Both the position numbers and the translations under genes were made by a program. DNA of 57,691 bases from Octopus bimaculoides (Eukaryota), in NCBI RefSeq assembly GCF_001194135.2, contig NC_068992.1, positions 25,351,132-25,408,822 on the forward strand, given 5' to 3'. Below the pieces are notes generated by a model that made no database searches, had not been told where the DNA came from, and saw only the letters and a list, made by a program, of their open reading frames with translations. This document shows positions 25,637 to 38,649 of the stretch, piece by piece. Position 1 is the first letter of the stretch; the number at the start of each line of letters is the position of its first letter.

Positions 25637-26449
25637 NNNNNNNNNNNNNNNNNNNNNNNNNNNNNNNNNNNNNNNNNNNNNNNNNNNNNNNNNNNNNNNN
25701 NNNNNNNNNNNNNNNNNNNNNNNNNNNNNNNNNNNNNNNNNNNNNNNNNNNNNNNNNNNNNNNNNNNNNNNNNNNNNNNNNNNNNNNNNNNNNNNNNNNN
25801 NNNNNNNNNNNNNNNNNNNNNNNNNNNNNNNNNNNNNNNNNNNNNNNNNNNNNNNNNNNNNNNNNNNNNNNNNNNNNNNNNNNNNNNNNNNNNNNNNNNN
25901 NNNNNNNNNNNNNNNNNNNNNNNNNNNNNNNNNNNNNNNNNNNNNNNNNNNNNNNNNNNNNNNNNNNNNNNNNNNNNNNNNNNNNNNNNNNNNNNNNNNN
26001 NNNNNNNNNNNNNNNNNNNNNNNNNNNNNATATAACTATATGCATATACGTATACGTATATATACGTCGTAGTGAAAACGTGAATGCCATAACAATACAT
26101 ATAACTCAAAATTTTGAGTCCATTGTACAAAACCAGAAATAAATCAATTTTACATTTATCTGCTTCAGGATTCTCTACAGTGTGAAGATATTTAAATACA
26201 ATGATGGATGCATAAGCCTATGTAATTCGGTAACTCATTTGAAATTCCTAGTGCGTCGTAGTTCATTTTGTATTTTTAATCTCCTAGGTGCATATATGCA
26301 TGTCAACGCAGCTGGGTGTATCTGTTTCTGTAAACACAATTGAATCGTGTAATATATGCTTATATATGTATGTATGTGTGTGTGTGCTATATATATATAT
26401 ATATATATTAATATAATTTACATGTACATGCTATATACGTATAATATCT

Positions 26450-27730
26450 AGTTGAAACTTCTATTGTTCTCTCCCTCAACTGCTTATCGTTCGTGGAGGA
26501 TATTTACCAACACTTCTCGGGCGCGGCCATGGCAACAAGAATGGCCCTCAACTATGCGAACCTGTTTGTTGGCTACGTTGCGATCCAAATATTCTCACAA
26601 TTCGCTGGTCTCACTCACGAACTATACGGTCGTTATATTGGTGACTGTATAGGAGCGACCTCACTCTCCCGCGAACAACTAGACTTCTTTCTCTCTTTTG
26701 TCCAATGTTTCCATCTAGCCCTTGAATTCCCCTGCAATGTTTCCAGCATTACCGCCACATTTCTCGACATTTCGGTCAACATACACCTCCGCTCTCACTT
26801 CCTCCATCCACTACAAACACATCGACTCACACTCCTACTTTAACTTCTGCGGCTCCCATCCTACCCACACCAAGCTCTCCATCTCCTACACCCAATTCCT
26901 CCGTCTGCGTAGGCTCTGCATTGACAACCATGACTTTGAGACTCAGTCTCATCTCATGGCTCGTCACTTCATCCATCGTGGTGATGCCCTCACTACTATC
27001 CATACAGCCCTTGCCAGAGCACTTTCGTAGACCGTGCTTCTGCTCTTTTCCTCGCCGTTGCCCGTTCCCGTTTACCATCACCTACCACCCTTCCACCCTT
27101 AGACTCCAGCGTACCATTCTCCGACCCTTCCGGTGACTCCAGTCCGACCCCCTCCATCTCGCACATCTTCCCCAACCTACCCCTCCCCTCCTTCCAGCAA
27201 GCCTACAACCTGCGTGATCACCTGGTCCACGGTTCTTTCTTAACCCCATATTCCGACCTGGCTCGTTCCCCTATTCCCGCCCTCACTGCCGTACTTTCCC
27301 CTACCTCTCAAACATCACCATCATCCTCACAGGCACCCTTCATCGTCCCTATCATATGACGAACTCCTTTACCTACACTTCTACCAACGTCATTTACTGC
27401 ATCTCCTACTCTTTTTGCCCTTCTCTGTACATCGGTGAAGCGGGATGCCGCTTGGCTGACCTGTTCGCGGAGCACCTCCGAGACATCAGACTCGGGAATG
27501 ACACCCCTGGTCTCGCACCATTTCCGGTCTCCCGGTCATTCACTACAACACTTGCCTGTACGCGGATTGTCTTTGTACAGGCGCCATCCGGACACCCGCC
27601 TTCGCTGTGAACGGAATTATTATTTTCTATCCTCTCCTTTGTGCCACATGGGATCAAATCCCCTCTACTCCTCTCTTCAACTGAAACCTACTTTCTCTCT
27701 TCACTCCAACCCACCTTCTCTCGAATAGAG
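26450..27730 (+). mobile_element. 5'-truncated Penelope-like element (RT C-half, linker, GIY-YIG), pseudogenised
   Basis: GAAMATRM.LNYANLFVGY, YGRYIGD (decayed YIDD), TFLDISV, YTQFLRLRRLC, then NVIYCISYSFCPSLYIGE.G.RLAD.FAEHLRDI. Split by frameshifts. Confidence 0.92.
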
Positions 27731-27767
27731 TGTCCAGTACCCCATCCAGCACATATGTATTTATGTG

Positions 27768-27812
<45 letters not shown>

Positions 27813-29084
27813 GTGTGTGTGTGTATGTATGTATGTATNNNNNNNNNNNNNNNNNNNNNNNNNNNNNNNNNNNNNNNNNNNNNNNNNNNNNNNNNNNNNN
27901 NNNNNNNNNNNNNNNNNNNNNNNNNNNNNNNNNNNNNNNNNNNNNNNNNNNNNNNNNNNNNNNNNNNNNNNNNNNNNNNNNNNNNNNNNNNNNNNNNNNN
28001 NNNNNNNNNNNNNNNNNNNNNNNNNNNNNNNNNNNNNNNNNNNNNNNNNNNNNNNNNNNNNNNNNNNNNNNNNNNNNNNNNNNNNNNNNNNNNNNNNNNN
28101 NNNNNNNNNNNNNNNNNNNNNNNNNNNNNNNNNNNNNNNNNNNNNNNNNNNNNNNNNNNNNNNNNGTATGTGAATATATCACGGAAAAGCTTACAAATAG
28201 TGCGTCCTCGAGAAAATCAGAATTGATTTTCGGAATCTGTTTTCCAACGACAAGGTATTCGTTTACAATTAATACAAAAAATTTAATTTGCTGCTAGAAG
28301 TAACTCAACTTACAAATTGAAAAATCTCCCCCTCTGTATGTGTCTGCACCAGCCTCTCCCTCTCTCTTGTTCTTCCTTTCCCCCTTCTTCTCTATATATT
28401 TAATATAATCTTTAATGCTTTCTGTCTATTTAAGTGTATCGATCACGAAACATGCTTCCCCATCTCACACTCTGAACATAATATTTCATCGCTTTCTTTT
28501 TCTTTAAAACTTCGTGGCTGTAATGTTTAATTTCATATCATGGTAGAGAGCTATCACGCAGGAAATGCTAGTTTCCAAATCCTGGTTTCCGATAGGGTAA
28601 AAATCATCACACTTTAAACCTCCAATAATATTTTTCTTTTTTTTTTGTGGAATGACTATATCTCAGAATTAGATTTAGCGTGAAAATGTATATGAATATT
28701 CCAAATGTTAAAAAATTCACTTAATTTTAAAATTTCAAAATTGTCACAGCAACAGAAAAAAATTTCTCCTTTTCTATTTGTGTATGTCTTTCGTTTACGC
28801 TTTTCTCGTAAACTTTCTCCCTCACAATATATATTTACCACACTCTCTCTCACTCTCTGCATACGTATGTCGTTCACATTAAGTGTCCGTATGTTGTGTG
28901 TCAGTTTGTATGTATTCATGTGTGCAAGAAATTACTGTCATAAGACCTCCAGAAACCATCGGCAGTGAACTAGAAAAATCTTTACAACTATACACCAGAC
29001 AGAAACACAAACACGTAGATTATCGATACATTATAATTTGCTCCGTGAATGCGCATGTCATAGTGTTTAATATATTCAACCTTT

Positions 29085-29360
29085 GATCGTAAGATCGAGA
29101 GTTCGATTCCTAATGCTACGCTGTGTCCTTGAGCAAGATGTTTTATTTCACGTTGCTCCTGTCCACTCGCCTGGAAAGAATGAGTATCTGTATTTCAAAG
29201 GACCAGCCTTGTTACATTCTCTATCACGCTGAATCTTCCTGAGACCCACTCTAAGAGTACCCGTGTCTGTGCAGTTCTTAACCACTTGCACGTTAATTCC
29301 ACGTGCAGGCTGTTTCACTGATCAAATCAACGTCGAAATCGTCGTAATGGACGCTGTGAT
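29085..29360 (+). mobile_element. Degenerate family-B SINE
   Basis: GAGTTCGATTCC...CCTTGAGCAAG...TTTCACGTTGCTCC...GTATTTCAAAGGACCAGCCTTG; aligns with 20021-20340. Confidence 0.75.
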
Positions 29361-29939
29361 CAAGTGCCCTCTTCGTCGGAGAAGATAAAAATAATTGAAA
29401 TGAAAGTATTTTACTGCGAAAATTGCACGGCAACGACGGGATACTCAGCTAGTTTGCTATAAAACAAGATGAATGAGAAGCAGACAATTAAAAAAGCAAT
29501 ACATTTTAGCTTAAGCTGTCTTCCGTAATATGCTATTTAATATGTGAAATAAGATATAACTTGACCTCAGGAGAATAAACATAAACTAGTATAAAATGTG
29601 GAGTTAAATACAACGCAACAGAAATAAAAATATTGAATAGAAATAAGAAAATTGTATAAAAAGGGTGTAGAACTCGAAAATAAATTTAAATAGAATAGTA
29701 ATGCATAATAAAAATAAAATTAACAATATAGAAAATTTATAAATACGAAAAAATAATAAAATGGTGAATATAGATTTAAATCCTGTGTCTGTGTATTTTT
29801 CTTATACATTGTTATATTGTTCGTTTGCAATTTCTGCATTTAATATGGCAACCCCTATGGAGTTTTGGATTGGCAGAGTTGTTAAAGAGCTGAATTCATT
29901 GTAGGCTGGAATTTTTTTATGACCCATTACGATTTATGT

Positions 29940-30325
29940 GTGGAGGCGCAATGGCCCAATAGTTAGGGCAGCGGATTCGCGGTCATACGATCGCGGTTTC
30001 GATTCCCAGACCGGGCGTTGGGTGTGTTTATTGAGCAGAAACACCTAAAGCTCCACGAGGCTCCGGCAGGGGATGGTGGTAAACCCTGCTGTACTCTTCC
30101 ACCACAGCTTTCTCTCACTCTTACTTCCTGTTTCTGTTGTGCCTGTATTTCAAAGGGCCAGCCTTGTCACACTGTGTTACACTGAATATCCCCGAGAACT
30201 ACGTTAAGAGTACACGTGTCTGTGGAGTGCTTAGCCACTTGCACGTTAATTTCACGAGCAGGCTGTTCCGTTGATCGAATCAACTGGAACCATCGACGTC
30301 GTAAGCGACGGAGTGCCAACAACAA
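29940..30325 (+). mobile_element. Full-length tRNA-derived SINE (family B') with 11-bp TSD
   Basis: Head GGAGGCGCAATGGCCCAATAGTTAGGGC...GTTTCGATTCCC; TSD ACGATTTATGT at 29929-29939 and 30326-30336. Confidence 0.92.
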
Positions 30326-30794
30326 ACGATTTATGTTCAAACGGCACCGCTGTAAACTACATTTTTCACTACTCTAAAGTTGATAAAATACAGATGGTTA
30401 GTGAATTCTCACCGTGACATAAAGTGACAGCATAATCTCACCAACCTTCTCGGTTTTCTTCCACTGTTCTGGTATCATTCCAGCTTCTCCACCATTCTCG
30501 TCTATTTTTATTCTTAATGGTCCTTCGTCATGTGATTTTATAGTGCTCTGCTGCTCTTTTCCCTTGACGTTCTCACTTGAGTATCATCATACGATCGCCT
30601 CTTCCATCTTATCTGAAGACGTAACCGATCCAGTTACAGCGACTACATCTTAGTTCATCACACATCCTGTTGATGTCAGCTGTGTATAACACTTATATTG
30701 TGTGTGTGTGTCTATGAGCGAAACACCTTCGCTCCACGTGACTCCGGCAGAAAGTAATGGCGAGCTTCTACTGACACTTTCGCCACAACTTTAT

Positions 30795-31010
30795 AAGGCG
30801 GCGAGCTGACAGAATCGTTAGCACACCGGGCGAAATGCTTAGCGATATTTCGTCTGTCTTTACGTTCTGAGTTCAAATTACGCCGAGGTGGACTTTGCAT
30901 TTCATCCTTTCGGGCTCGATAAATTAACTACCAGTTGCGTACTGGTGTCGAGCTAATTGACTGGCTCCCTTCCCTATAATTTCAGGCCTTGTGCCTAGAG
31001 CAGAAAAAGA
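30795..31010 (+). mobile_element. Full-length family-A SINE abutting a family-B' body remnant (30712-30790)
   Basis: AAGGCGGCGAGCTGACAGAATCGTTAGCAC...GAGTTCAAATT...CCTTGTGCCTAGAGCAGAAAAAG. Confidence 0.88.
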
Positions 31011-31056
31011 GTGTGTGGTGTGCATAGTTTTGATGACATAAAATACAGTACCATTT

Positions 31057-31059
31057 AGA

Positions 31060-31103
<44 letters not shown>
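31057..31103. repeat. (TAG)n microsatellite
   Basis: Seen directly. Confidence 0.9.
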
Positions 31104-31867
31104 TTGGTAACAGCAGCAGCAACAGCACGGGGGGAATGTGCTCTAACAGAGCATTGCTGCCTCCAACATTTGTTGGGAACTCCTTACTACATCTGGCGGA
31201 TGGCACCTTTGCGCCTCTCAGGCGACAACCTTCCCGCCCACGGGTCTGTTTGGCTAGTAGTTGCTGGTGAGGGTTTTACGTTGGGTCTGTTCTTTGACAT
31301 GTTCTCCCCACACAACATATTCAGTTACCAATGTCAGTTCAACAGATTATAGATCCCCGAAACATCGCGACATCATAGGCATAAGCAAACAGCCATTGAA
31401 TGCATAGGTCACATTAGAAAGTTATGATTGCCCGAGAATAACGTCTGGCTATACTTCATAACTAAAATTTAAAAAGGAATATCACGTGATGACGTGCTCG
31501 GCCAGACTGTCGGATGTTGTTACCCATCGCTGGTCACATTGCGCTTTCTTTTCCTTTATCTTTCGGACATTCCTCCCGATCGGAAAACCAGTCTATCACA
31601 TAGTTCCCCATTTACAGTTGAGTGGGGACTGGAGCAACGTGAAATCAAGTAATTTGCTCCAAAATGCAACGTGTGGATCGGTCTGAAAATTGAACTCGCG
31701 ATCTAATGATCATTTGTGCAACAGTAATCTTTTGTCCAGATCTCGAGTGGTCCAATCCCCTCCGATTTAAAGAAAAAAAAAAGGAACAAAATATTTGAAG
31801 AAGTCCAGAAATTTCTTGGGCCATTAGATTTATCATTATATTACATAGTGTCCTTAAGGTGTTAATA

Positions 31868-32230
31868 TTGAATTTATGGTAAGCCGACGAACTGGCAGGA
31901 TCGTTATCGCGCCAAGCAAAATGCTTAGTAGCATTTCATCCGGCCGTTACGTTCTGGGTTCAAATTCCGCTCAATTGAATACTGGGATTGATTTAACTGA
32001 CTTAACCCCTCCTCTGACTTGCTGTCCTTGTGCTACAATTTGACACCAATATTAAATTTATAGTTGTCTGCCTTTATTTTCTCAGTTCAAGTACCGACAA
32101 AATCGACTTTACCTTTCCTCGTCTTGAGGTCTATAAAATCAGCACCAGTTGATAAATGACAGTCAGTGTAATCGATTTACCACCTCTCTCAAAATTACTG
32201 GCCTTTTGCCAAAATTTGAATCTAATTTTA
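31868..32230 (+). mobile_element. Two degenerate family-A SINE pieces
   Basis: CTGGCAGGATCGTT...GGGTTCAAATTCCGC and AATCGACTTTACCTTTC...GGCCTTTTGCCAAAATTTGAA. Confidence 0.6.
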
Positions 32231-33419
32231 AATTTATAGATCCAATATTTCATTAGTGACATAATATGCATTTTTAATTGAAGCGTTGTAGGAAAAAAAC
32301 TTCCTATGTCAGATTTGAATACAAATCCAAGTGCAAAGACTTTCCGTGTAATTGTATGGATGGAGTTTGAATAAGTCCCACAGCTGAGAAGATGACTAGC
32401 ATTGACTATCATACAAATATGGACATTTCTGATTAGAGTTATAGAGTGATAAATCAATGGTTCTACATAAACGAAGACTGCAAATAAATACATTAAATTA
32501 TGTTTATATTAGATGTCAGTAGAGGGAAAATCGACCTATGATTCTGCACTTTAGAGTTGTTGCAATCGTAGAATATTACCATGAGAATTGCTGAGGAACT
32601 CTTTGTGTTGTATTTACGCTATACGTCCATTGTTCTATTTTTCAATTATCTTTGAATGCCCAAAGACAACTATGTATTATGTGTATTCATAGATAGACAG
32701 CAACGAAAATACAACTACAATGGAAGAAGAATGAGCTCACGCAAACACTAACTCATATAAAATTACGTGCGTGGATGTATTTATACGTACACATACATAC
32801 ATATGCACGCCTATATATAAATTTGAAAATTAGTATACATATCAAACCATGGATATATACATACATATTTATACAAAACATATATCTAAATACATACAGG
32901 CAGAGACAACAGACAGGCAGAGACAACAGACAGGAGAGGACAATGAAGAACCGAGGAAACATATTTAAATGTTTATCGGTGGGCCAAAGACAAACTGAAG
33001 AATACACAAAGCAATATTTAAAGTTACGTATATTTTTATATACATACATGCAGACCTGAATATATATGTGTGTGTGTGTGTGTGTGTGCGTGTGTGTGCG
33101 TGCCCGCGTGTGCGTGTGTGTGTGTTTGTGCGTGTGTGTGTGCGTGTGTGTGTGTGTGTATGCATATGTATACGTATGTATGTATGTATATATATANNNN
33201 NNNNNNTTAAAAAATATTTTAGAAATAATTTTCATTAAGTCAGAATATTTGAAGAACAATATTTTCAAATTAAAAACTTGCAGACTATATTAAATATGTT
33301 AAAAAATAGAACGGCGCGTATCCTTTACAAGTAAGTTTTCGTATTGTGTTAGCAGTTGCGCTGTCTATAGATTTGGAAAAATCATTTATGGGATAATCTA
33401 GAAATGTGTTGGATATGTT

Positions 33420-33990
33420 CGGCTTAGTTTCGAATTTAGATCTTTTTGTAAAGTTTAAATTTTTTGCCTGATAGTTATCTTCCTTCGATTGCAAGTAATG
33501 GAATATCTTGCATTTTCCATTCACGGAAAAATCTAGATGTTCAATACATTTCTGAGAAATGAATCTGCGCGTGGCTGCTTATGTACCCTAACATGGTGAA
33601 TTAATTTTGATCCAATTTGACTGACACAATTCTCATTGCATTGTGAGAATCTCATGTGATATATGGTATCCTTTTTGTTTTTGATTTGCAATTTATATTT
33701 GAATAAATCTTGAATTACTTATTCTTGAGCGTTTCGATTTTTGCCTTCTTCAGTTATTTCGCATGTCCCACAATGAAAGATCTGCATTCTGTTATCTACA
33801 TCATTTCATCTTATCACGTAAATCATGCCTTTATTAAATGTCTCTTAAGAATTGGTGGTTGTCTTCGACTGTTGATAATTTGTAATCTTTTAATTATTCT
33901 ACGAGTTGATGAGTCATGTAGAACTGGAAGATTATGGTTTCTAGGATTAAGAGTGACTACAAATGAAATATTTATGCTTTTGTTTATTTT
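33420..33990 (-). mobile_element. Degenerate Penelope-like linker + GIY-YIG remnant
   Basis: Minus-strand peptides: TLNPRN, IINSRRQPPILKRHLIKA, HCGTCEI, IYHMRFSQCNENCVSQIGSKL...VRVHKQ, EHLD...GKCKIF. Confidence 0.65.
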
Positions 33991-34169
33991 CACCCTGATT
34001 TATAAAATGTTCAGCACAAGACAGAGATTACCTCTTTCCTATGAATATCTTTTACAATTTATTCTTAATTCGTTTCAGGCATTAGACTGCAGTCGTGTTG
34101 GGCACCGCCTGGAAGAATTGCAGTCGAACGAATCAACACCAGGGAATATTTTCAGTTTAAACAGTCATC

Positions 34170-34490
34170 CCACGTCTATTTGCATTCCGTAACGAGTCAA
34201 CATATGTGTATTGCCGTATTAAATAGGATGTTCCTTCTTGTGTGAAATTGGTGGCAATATCTATAACGTAGGTATTGGAACACATACGCGCTCTTGCGGT
34301 AGATTTCGATTATAAACGAGTCAGTTTCCTTAATTACCAAGCAGTTCAAAAACAGCGTTCCCTCTTATTCATTTCCATAGTGAGGTGAATCGATTTGCGA
34401 ACGCTGTGAATTTAAGACTACCTTAAATTGTCTGTGAATATAAGTCTCCACTCGAAATTATGAAGTAGTCACCCTGGAATCTTCTCTAGT
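34170..34490 (-). mobile_element. Degenerate Penelope-like RT C-terminal fragment (probably the same element as 33420-33990, split by a SINE tail)
   Basis: TMEM..EGTLFLNCLVIKETDSFIIEIYRKSAYVFQYLRY..CH resembles the PLE motif FTME...L.FLD..V....YRKPT...YL...S.HP. Confidence 0.6.
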
Positions 34491-35348
34491 TTTCTTTAAA
34501 AAGAAATTATCAGAAAGGTTATCAAATATTGTTCTTTAACTAATGCTTTTACTAATATTTCCTCGCTAGTAATGAGATAACAAAAATACATTGTAATAAT
34601 TCTATATCCGAAAATAATTCGGAAACAAACAACAACGCTAATAGAAAATAACAGACTACTCAACAAAATGTGTGTTTGAAAAGTTGTAAACAGCGAAAGT
34701 GCATGCACAATAAGATATAAATGTAGGTGTGTGTGTGTGTGGGTGCGTGCGTGTGTGTTTCATGATAGAAGTGGCAATGCACGAAACTCAATCCTTGAGT
34801 CACTTTCTAACTTCTGTTTATTAAGTGTATAAGTAATACGCATATATACATGCAAATATAAATGTATATATTTATGTATATTTGTGTGTTTATGTGTGTG
34901 TGTGCATGTATATATATGCATATATATATATATATACATAACGATCTTATCCTTATTTATATAAATTTATATACATACATATATATATATATATATGCAC
35001 ATATACATATGTATGTACGTGTTTACATATTTATATATGCATATGTTTGCGTGTATGTCTATATATATATATTTATGGTATATATACAGACATATATATT
35101 ATATATAGATATAGATATTATATATAGTATATACTATATAATATATATATATATCTATCTATATATATATATATATATCTATATATATNNNNNNNNNNNN
35201 NNNNNNNNNNNNNNNNNNNNNNNNNNNNNNATATATATATATATGTACAGTATGCAATATATTTAATACGTTTGATGTATCTAATTTGTTTATCCGCATA
35301 ATTACCCTTACATAATGCATACACACATACACACACGTATTAGATATA

Positions 35349-35387
<39 letters not shown>

Positions 35388-36578
35388 ATATATAGGTATC
35401 CGTGCATGCATTAGATACATACGCACATGCACAGTTTTATAATCGCCGACTGGATCAAAGGAAACATGGTATAAAAAGAAAACCGAAGACTCAGACCTGT
35501 TGCATTAAGCTAAGCATATAATCCTCTAATACGCCGGAAAAGTAACGTATTTTGTATCTACCATTCACAAAGCATATCAATGCAATATATAAACAGACAT
35601 ATGTATATGTGTATATATATATTTACTGATGACTGTTGCGTTTATATACGTAACATATCATTTCATAGATCTGGTGTAATTTCCATTTTTGGCCTTTTCG
35701 GCTTTTGACTCTGGATCAAAAATATTCTTACATGTTTATTTAGGTTACTTGGTGAGCAATCAGTAACTGTGTGAGAATATAAAAGCTAACGACCTTTCAT
35801 GCTGAATGAATAAATTACGAAAGTGTTTCGTTCATTGCATCATTGAGACAAGTAAAAGCTTCCATTGAATTGCATGTGTTGAACGAAATTATGCAATCAT
35901 CAACAGCTTCCTTCAGAGAATATTCAACATGAATTTGTAATCATATATTGAGACCTAAGAAACAAACAAAAAAAAAATAATTTTAAACTGAAACACTAAT
36001 AACATGTATGAAAATGTGACAGAAGATAAAGTAGGTTCGTCTTGAAATTGGTGGAAATAAGTTAATGTAAGATGACAAAAAGGCCTATGTTTCTGTGATA
36101 ACATTTGCTCGATGTTAAAGAATATATCAGATATTCGAATTAGTACTTTGATCCCAAATGGAACAAAAATTGCAAAGAAAAGCTGCAAGACATTCGGCAA
36201 CCGACTGCTCGCTAAATGGATTTTACTTTTCAGAATTCAAAACAGGTTTCGTAGTTCTCTTTTAAGAGTTAAGCTCTGTGACACATTTTATTAGTGTTCA
36301 TTCCTTGCAATAGGAATGTTCTTCTTTGAAGTGAATCCAGTTTAATATAATGCCGGCATATGACAGCTGTAAAACGGCAAAGCCTGTTATCCTTTTGAAT
36401 ATGGTATCAAGTATAAGGATGGGATATAATGATGACTTAGAACCAGTTATAAAGTGGATGTTGATAAACGTACTGCAATATTTTCATACACATTCTTTGA
36501 CGCACACACATGCAATGACAGAGAGATCGAAGAGATATGTAGAGGGATGAATAATATATATATATATTCAATGAAAGC

Positions 36579-36626
<48 letters not shown>

Positions 36627-36694
36627 CATATATTTATAAATCCAAAGAGAAATTAATACACATGTATGCTTGCGTGAGTGATGTGTCTTTCTGT

Positions 36695-36738
<44 letters not shown>

Positions 36739-37394
36739 GTGTAAGTATACATACAGTCAAAGTTACTCACAAAACATGTTAGATAAAATGAATTTTCAGT
36801 TAAATTAGGATGAAACAAGAAAAACATAAACGTCGAAGGCGAGTTGACCCACAAAAAAAGTAAACCATTTTCAAGGGAAAGCGTTAACTGTGACCATATG
36901 TTCTCTCTTCTCATTCCCATTTTAGATTTTACTCTTATCACTTACTTGTTGCAGTCATTAGAGGGTGGCCATGCTCGGGTATTCTTTTCAAAATGTTTTA
37001 AGTCGAATGAATCGATTACAGGGCTATTTTTTAAAGCCTAGGATTTATGCTACCGGTCTCTTTGGACAAAACGCTACATAATGGGGTCTCACGCTACTGC
37101 TATCTAGCACCTTCGGATGATCTCAACTCAACCGCTATACAACTGTTACTCGACTGCTACTCAACAGCTACTCGAATGCTACTCAACACTCTACCACGGC
37201 CAGGCTACCTCTATTTATATGTCTTGGGAGATCCTACTTCTTCGTCTGGGTCCGTCGACACAACAAAAACAAAGAGAGATAGATAGACACACAAACACAA
37301 ATACAGACAAACATACACATCTAGAAGAAGAAAAGGCAGATTGGGGAGTTAATATTTGTTTACTATTAACCGCAAATTGGTCATCTTCACTTAC

Positions 37395-37695
37395 AGCCGT
37401 GGGCAACCAAAGCCTTGTGAGTGGATTTGGTAGACGGAAACTAAAAGAAGCCCGTCGTATATATGTATATATATATATGTATGTGTGTGTATATGTTTGT
37501 GTGTCTGTGTTTGTTCCCTCAATATCGCTTGACAACCGATGCTGGTGTGTTTACGTCCCCGTAACTTAGCGGTTTGGAAAAGAGACCGATAGAAGAAGTA
37601 CTAGGCTTACAAGAAATAAGTCCTGCGGTCGATTTTCTCGACTAAAGGTGGTGCCCCAGCATGGCCGCAGTCAAAAGACTGAAACAAGTAAAAAA
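37395..37695 (+). mobile_element. 5'-truncated family-C SINE with internal (TA/TG)n
   Basis: CCAAAGCCTTGTGAGTGGATTTGGTAGACGGAAACT...CCCAGCATGGCCGCAGTCAAAAGACTGAAACAAG. Confidence 0.85.
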
Positions 37696-37959
37696 GTAAT
37701 TAAATTTACATTTATGCGACATGAGCATAATATCATCATAATATTATGTATATTTGCATGCTATATGTGTATTTGTGAATTCATTGAAGTCGGATAAAAT
37801 GAATTCACAAACACACGTGTAGAACATAAAGTTACATATTTTTTAACCAGTATTTCCTTGGTTAAAAACCATTCCCTGATTAGGTTAACAGAACCTAACC
37901 ACATGTGAATTGTTAGGAATTTTTTTCCCCCGTCTTCCTTTTCTGTTGGGTCTTTCTCT

Positions 37960-37994
37960 GCTTCTGAAGAAAAGATTTAATCGAAACGTTAAGC
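37960..37994 (+). ncRNA. Minimal type-I hammerhead motif with decayed helix II
   Basis: GCUU-CUGAAGA-AAA-GAU-UUA-AUC-GAAA-CGUU-AAGC. Helix I GCUU/AAGC; palindromic AACGUU helix III. Confidence 0.5.
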
Positions 37995-37999
37995 CACGA

Positions 38000-38218
38000 G
38001 GGGATTGCACCTAGAAAGTTACTCTCCGAGGCATAAGTCCAGGCAAGGCTGTTTTTTATGGAAGACAAGCAGTCGCCCATGCATATCGGCCTCCCCTCTC
38101 CACGCCACCAGTGTTATCAAAGGCTAATACAATTTGGCGCCAGTGACGTCGCAACTCATTTTTACAGCTGAGTGAACTGGAGCAACGTGAAATAAAGTGT
38201 CTTGCTCAAGAACACAAC
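38000..38218 (-). mobile_element. Family-B SINE body joined to an alternative tail
   Basis: Body TTGAGCAAGACACTTTATTTCACGTTGCTCCAG matches 20100-20140, but the 3' part (GAGAGGGGAGGCCGATATGCATGGGCGACTGC...TAGGTGCAATCCCC) differs. Confidence 0.75.
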
Positions 38219-38264
38219 NNNNNNNNNNATATATATATATATATATATATATACGTAGATATGC

Positions 38265-38430
38265 AACTGGCTTCATTCAGCTTCCATCAACGGAGATCAA
38301 CCAAATCGTCTCTCAAGGATTTGGTCTGACCTAGACTATAGTAGAAGACACATGCGCAAGGTGCCGCGCAGTGGGACTAAACCCAGAACCATGGCATGTG
38401 TTTGGGAAAGAAACTTCTTACCACACAGCC
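38265..38430 (-). mobile_element. Family-C SINE head/body
   Basis: GGCATGGCTGTGTGGTAAGAAG...GGGTTTAGTCCCACTGCGCGGCACCTTG...CTTCTACTATAG. Confidence 0.75.
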
Positions 38431-38451
38431 ATGCCATCGAGCTTATATGTC

Positions 38452-38484
<33 letters not shown>

Positions 38485-38608
38485 ATATAACGTTTGTATA
38501 TATGCATGTAAATATACGTTATACACACACACACATATATATATTTACATACATACATACATACATATATGTATATATATATATATATGTGTGTGTGGGT
38601 GGGTGTGG

Positions 38609-38649
<41 letters not shown>

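Noticed and set aside
30612-30650. CTGAAGA followed by a GTAAC/GTTAC hairpin
   Set aside because: No GAAA after the helix.
33715-33760. Minus-strand CTGAAGA-A-GGC...TC-GAAA-CGCT
   Set aside because: U16.1 is missing, there is no helix I, and it lies inside Penelope coding sequence.
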